Assembly: GCF_000281045.1 (NCBI RefSeq)
Contig: NW_008246120.1
Coordinates: 1-60,359, forward strand
DNA length: 60,359 nt
Reading direction: 5' to 3'
From: Saprolegnia diclina VS20
Lineage: Eukaryota
Within the stretch, counting starts at the first letter, position 1; every line of letters starts with the position of its first letter. Position numbers and translations under genes: made by a program. The notes below the pieces were generated by a model. That model was not told the DNA's origin. It saw only the letters and a list, made by a program, of their open reading frames with translations, and did not search any database. Below are positions 56,820 to 60,359 of the stretch, one piece after another.

Positions 56820-59800
56820 ATGCATCGCCAGGACGCTGGTGTGATCCGTGCGGCAGCGAAGATGCGACGGCACTTGCTGCGATGACAAATAGTGTTGAGA
56901 GAAGACGTGGTCTCCCATCGCACAATTGCACGTAGCTCGATACGGACGCCCGAGATTGCTGCATACAACGACTCTCTGTCTGCCGGGTGACCCAACGTGC
57001 GCTCGTCGGCTCCTGCTCCATTACAGACTGTTTGCCACGAGAGCTGGCAACGCCAGGCACCACAACACCGAGCGACCGGTCTCCACCTCCTATACTAGTA
57101 CTGGGTTGGCCACACCTGCCGCGAAGTCGACTCGAGGTGCCCGACTATGACGCGGGCAAACACACCAAGCAGTGGCTCTGCGACGATGCGAGATCGTGCT
57201 ACTGGGGTATTCGTCTGTCGAGTGACTCTACGCACCGCTGTTTCCATCACCTAACTCCTGCGGACCGCACTTGTCGGTTTGGGCTCAAGTTTCGTAGCGG
57301 ACTAACGTTATTAGCACTTGCTCGTCGCGTGCTGCCGGTTGGGTGTCCTTTGTGCCGCTGCGTTGCCGTCTTGAGATGCCTCTCCCGCAAGCTCTCGTCG
57401 GCTTTTGCTCTACCGAGCCTGTGGCTCATAGTGCTCGCCAGGTCTGGCACACACTTTGGTTCCTTTGAGGAGTCGCGTTTGTTGCCAGAAAAGGGGGCAA
57501 AAGAGGTTGATTGCCTTGCCTGCTATGGGTTGCGGCGAGGTGGTGCCCAAGTAGTAGGTGATTGGCGTCGTTGGCGGCAGCTTGGCGACGGTGAGCGCGA
57601 CGCTCAACTAACGGTTGGGTGTGGTCGTAGAAAGGGCCAAGCTGGGCGGCTTCCTCGTTGCTGCTGCGGTTCTTCGGAGCCGCGCCACCGTGCCTTGGCG
57701 TTTGTTGCGACGTGACGGCTGCATGCGACCGTGATGGTGTCGTTTGGGAACGTGCTTTTGACGAGCGTCACTGGAACGGCGCTTGTTGGCGGTACCGTCT
57801 TGGGGGCCTTTAGCCGTCCCGCTCGCTTTGATGCCGGCCTTGCGCGACAGTATGTGACGCCGTACCCGGGTGGCTACGNNNNNNNNNNNNNNNNNNNNNN
57901 NNNNNNNNNNNNNNNNNNNNNNNNNNNNNNNNNNNNNNNNNNNNNNNNNNNNNNNNNNNNNNNNNNNNNNNNNNNNNNNNNNNNNNNNNNNNNNNNNNNN
58001 NNNNNNNNNNNNNNNNNNNNNNNNNNNNNNNNNNNNNNNNNNNNNNNNNNNNNNNNNNNNNNNNNNNNNNNNNNNNNNNNNNNNNNNNNNNNNNNNNNNN
58101 NNNNNNNNNNNNNNNNNNNNNNNNNNNNNNNNNNNNNNNNNNNNNNNNNNNNNNNNNNNNNNNNNNNNNNNNNNNNNNNNNNNNNNNNNNNNNNNNNNNN
58201 NNNNNNNNNNNNNNNNNNNNNNNNNNNNNNNNNNNNNNNNNNNNNNNNNNNNNNNNNNNNNNNNNNNNNNNNNNNNNNNNNNNNNNNNNNNNNNNNNNNN
58301 NNNNNNNNNNNNNNNNNNNNNNNNNNNNNNNNNNNNNNNNNNNNNNNNNNNNNNNNNNNNNNNNNNNNNNNNNNNNNNNNNNNNNNCCGTCCCCGTGGCT
58401 TTGCAAGCTCGAGCGTGCAAGGTTAAATCGCATTGCTATAGCAAACGCGACGATGCGTCCTCATGACAGTCTCGTACTGTCCACCAACTCAAAACTACTT
58501 TTGCCCACCGAACGCCCGTGCGTCGACCAATTGATGCCAGCTTTGTTCGACGTGTCGTCGTAGAAAACGGCGACTTGGCGCTCTTAGAGCAACGATTTGC
58601 AGTCCACCGCGAAACGCACATGTAGTCCACCATGTTTGTCGTGGACATTACGTCGCCCAGCAAGCAGAGAACGCAGGATGCAGTCGCTTGGGCTTGAGCC
58701 GTTGGCAGTACCAAAACTGTGTCATTTCTGAATCCGCGTGCCAAGCACCATACGCCGGTACGCTACATCTTGGCCGTGGCCATGCCACCGTCAAATGCGT
58801 GGATGCTCCATGGGTGTAAAATGAAATCCCAGTTCAGTACCAGCGGTTCAGTTTCATCGTAGCGTATTCCACCGGTGGGCGTTGGGAGCTGACCAGATTC
58901 TCCTATCGTTTTTTACAACATGTACGCGCACGACGTGCGTCAGTGCTTGGATTCCGTTGTTCGGTGTGCATTTGCTGGCGCCAAAAGGCGAAATCGACGA
59001 AGGCGGAGATCGTCGCGACACGCTGGATCGAGCGGTGCGGGTTACACACTTAGTCCTATTATGGTTCGCGCCAGCCCATCCCCAAGCATATCCTCGATGG
59101 ATTTCGACGCGCGCACACGATGGCGTGCCGTCGCCGCAAATATCTCTGCAGACATCTCGGCCGAGAAGAGTAGATTGAAGTTGTGTAGTTTATAGGGAGA
59201 GGATCGGGCGCGCTAATGCAGCGCTGGGAGCCTGCCACGTCATTCCCACCATCTGGTGCAAATGCGAGTCGAAGGTTCGATTGTCCAGCTTGTGGGGCAG
59301 GGAGGATCTTCGAGGCAGCGGATTGGCTGTTCGTGCGTACCGAGGACCAAGCAATGCTGCACGGCCCGTCCAAGCACATTGGTCGAGCTGTGGCTTCAAA
59401 GACGATAGGCAGTGAGATTTTAGCTAGGTGCATGAGGAGACCGTATCACTACCTTTCATTTGATGCCTTTGTAACCATAAACTCGCAAAAATAAAGGAGC
59501 TACGCTTGGGCTCGACCAACGTGCTTGGACGGGCCGTGCAGCATTACATCGCCCTCGGGACGCACGAGCAGCCAATCCGCTGCCTCGACGAAGCCTCAAC
59601 GAAACGAATTGGTCACGGGGTGAGCTGTGCGGTGATATCTCGGTACTTGTACACATCGTCTTCTGGGACAGTCATATCACTGCCGACCTTCCCAACGCCT
59701 ACTAGTATGTGTAACACGACGACGTGAAGCCAAAATGCCGGATAAACCTCCCGAATTTAATACCGACGCTTTCGAGTGCATACATCAAGAGCATCGCCGA

Positions 59801-60180
59801 TTTGTCGATTGCGGACGAAGTGAACGAGAACGACGACGTCATCAACACCGCCTCGTGCTTCTATATCTCAAGAAGCATTTCATATTTGTGTGAGAGCGCA
59901 TTCGCATCGCAATTGCATCGCCTAAGATTGCGTCTTGGCGTCACGCTGATGACGCCAGCGTGGTCCCCTTATAAATTTCCCTTCGAACTTGATATCTGCC
60001 GCAGCACTGGGTTGTTGATGATCTTTTTGTATTATTAATAGTGCAGCAGCACAATTAAATTTTATCTTCAATTAACTATAGACCAAGAGTGGTACAGGGA
60101 GGAAGGACGCCACATTTTCTTCCAACACCCAGTCCCACTGTGTCATTGTCATAAGAAAGAGGGTTTGCGTGGGCTTTGGA

Positions 60181-60196
60181 TCATTCTTCAATTTAC
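60181..60196 (+). promoter_or_regulatory. Oomycete INR+FPR core promoter
   Basis: TCATTCT-TC-AATTTAC is an exact motif match starting 31 nt before the ATG at 60212. Confidence 0.85.
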
Positions 60197-60211
60197 TTTG
60201 TTTTGAGCACC

Positions 60212-60359
60212 ATGGTCCGCATCCACTCGACGTTTGCGCTCACGCTCGTGGCGCTTGCCGCCACCGAGACGACTGCTACGTGGGGCGACAGCGACAACCT
60301 CCGGAACCACGACGGTGGCAACTTCTGGGACTGGTGGAACCAGTGGAACAACTGGCAGC
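60212..60359 (+). CDS. Secreted protein, 5' part only (runs off the window)
   Basis: MVRIHSTFALTLVALAATETTA signal peptide, then TWGDSDNLRNHDGGNFWDWWNQWNNWQ. Confidence 0.7.
   Translation, partial: MVRIHSTFALTLVALAATETTATWGDSDNLRNHDGGNFWDWWNQWNNWQ

Overview
Eukaryotic, gene-dense, GC3-rich genomic DNA with three N-gaps. It is most likely an oomycete and plausibly a Saprolegniales species (inference). Evidence: exact oomycete INR+FPR core-promoter motifs at 2189 and 60181, uniformly short (~45-55 nt) GT-AG introns, and the gene repertoire. About 28 protein-coding loci are supported. They include a six-copy intronless array of Spinster-type MFS transporters interrupted by a GRDP/DUF1399 Gly-Cys-tail gene; kinesin; NECAP; Rho-GDI; three tandem MGACMS-acylated LURP-one/tubby-C genes (one frameshifted); WW and F-box proteins; MIP18/CIAO2; a SHOCT + alpha-kinase + CaaX protein; ALG2; a PDZ-like protein; NTH1; an SLC43-like transporter; P5CS; three Pro/Ser/Thr-rich surface proteins; CDK5RAP3/C53; cyclophilin H; a UBAP2/Def1-like prion-like protein; and a novel-repeat + 2x(COPI-associated TM + EF-hand) protein. 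Near 53.6-56.8 kb a rearranged block holds a truncated NEK kinase and a bacterial-type, intron-containing RNase HII between ~290-bp direct repeats. No rRNA, tRNA, CRISPR or intact transposon was recognised. Splice sites and family calls are by eye, without database searches.
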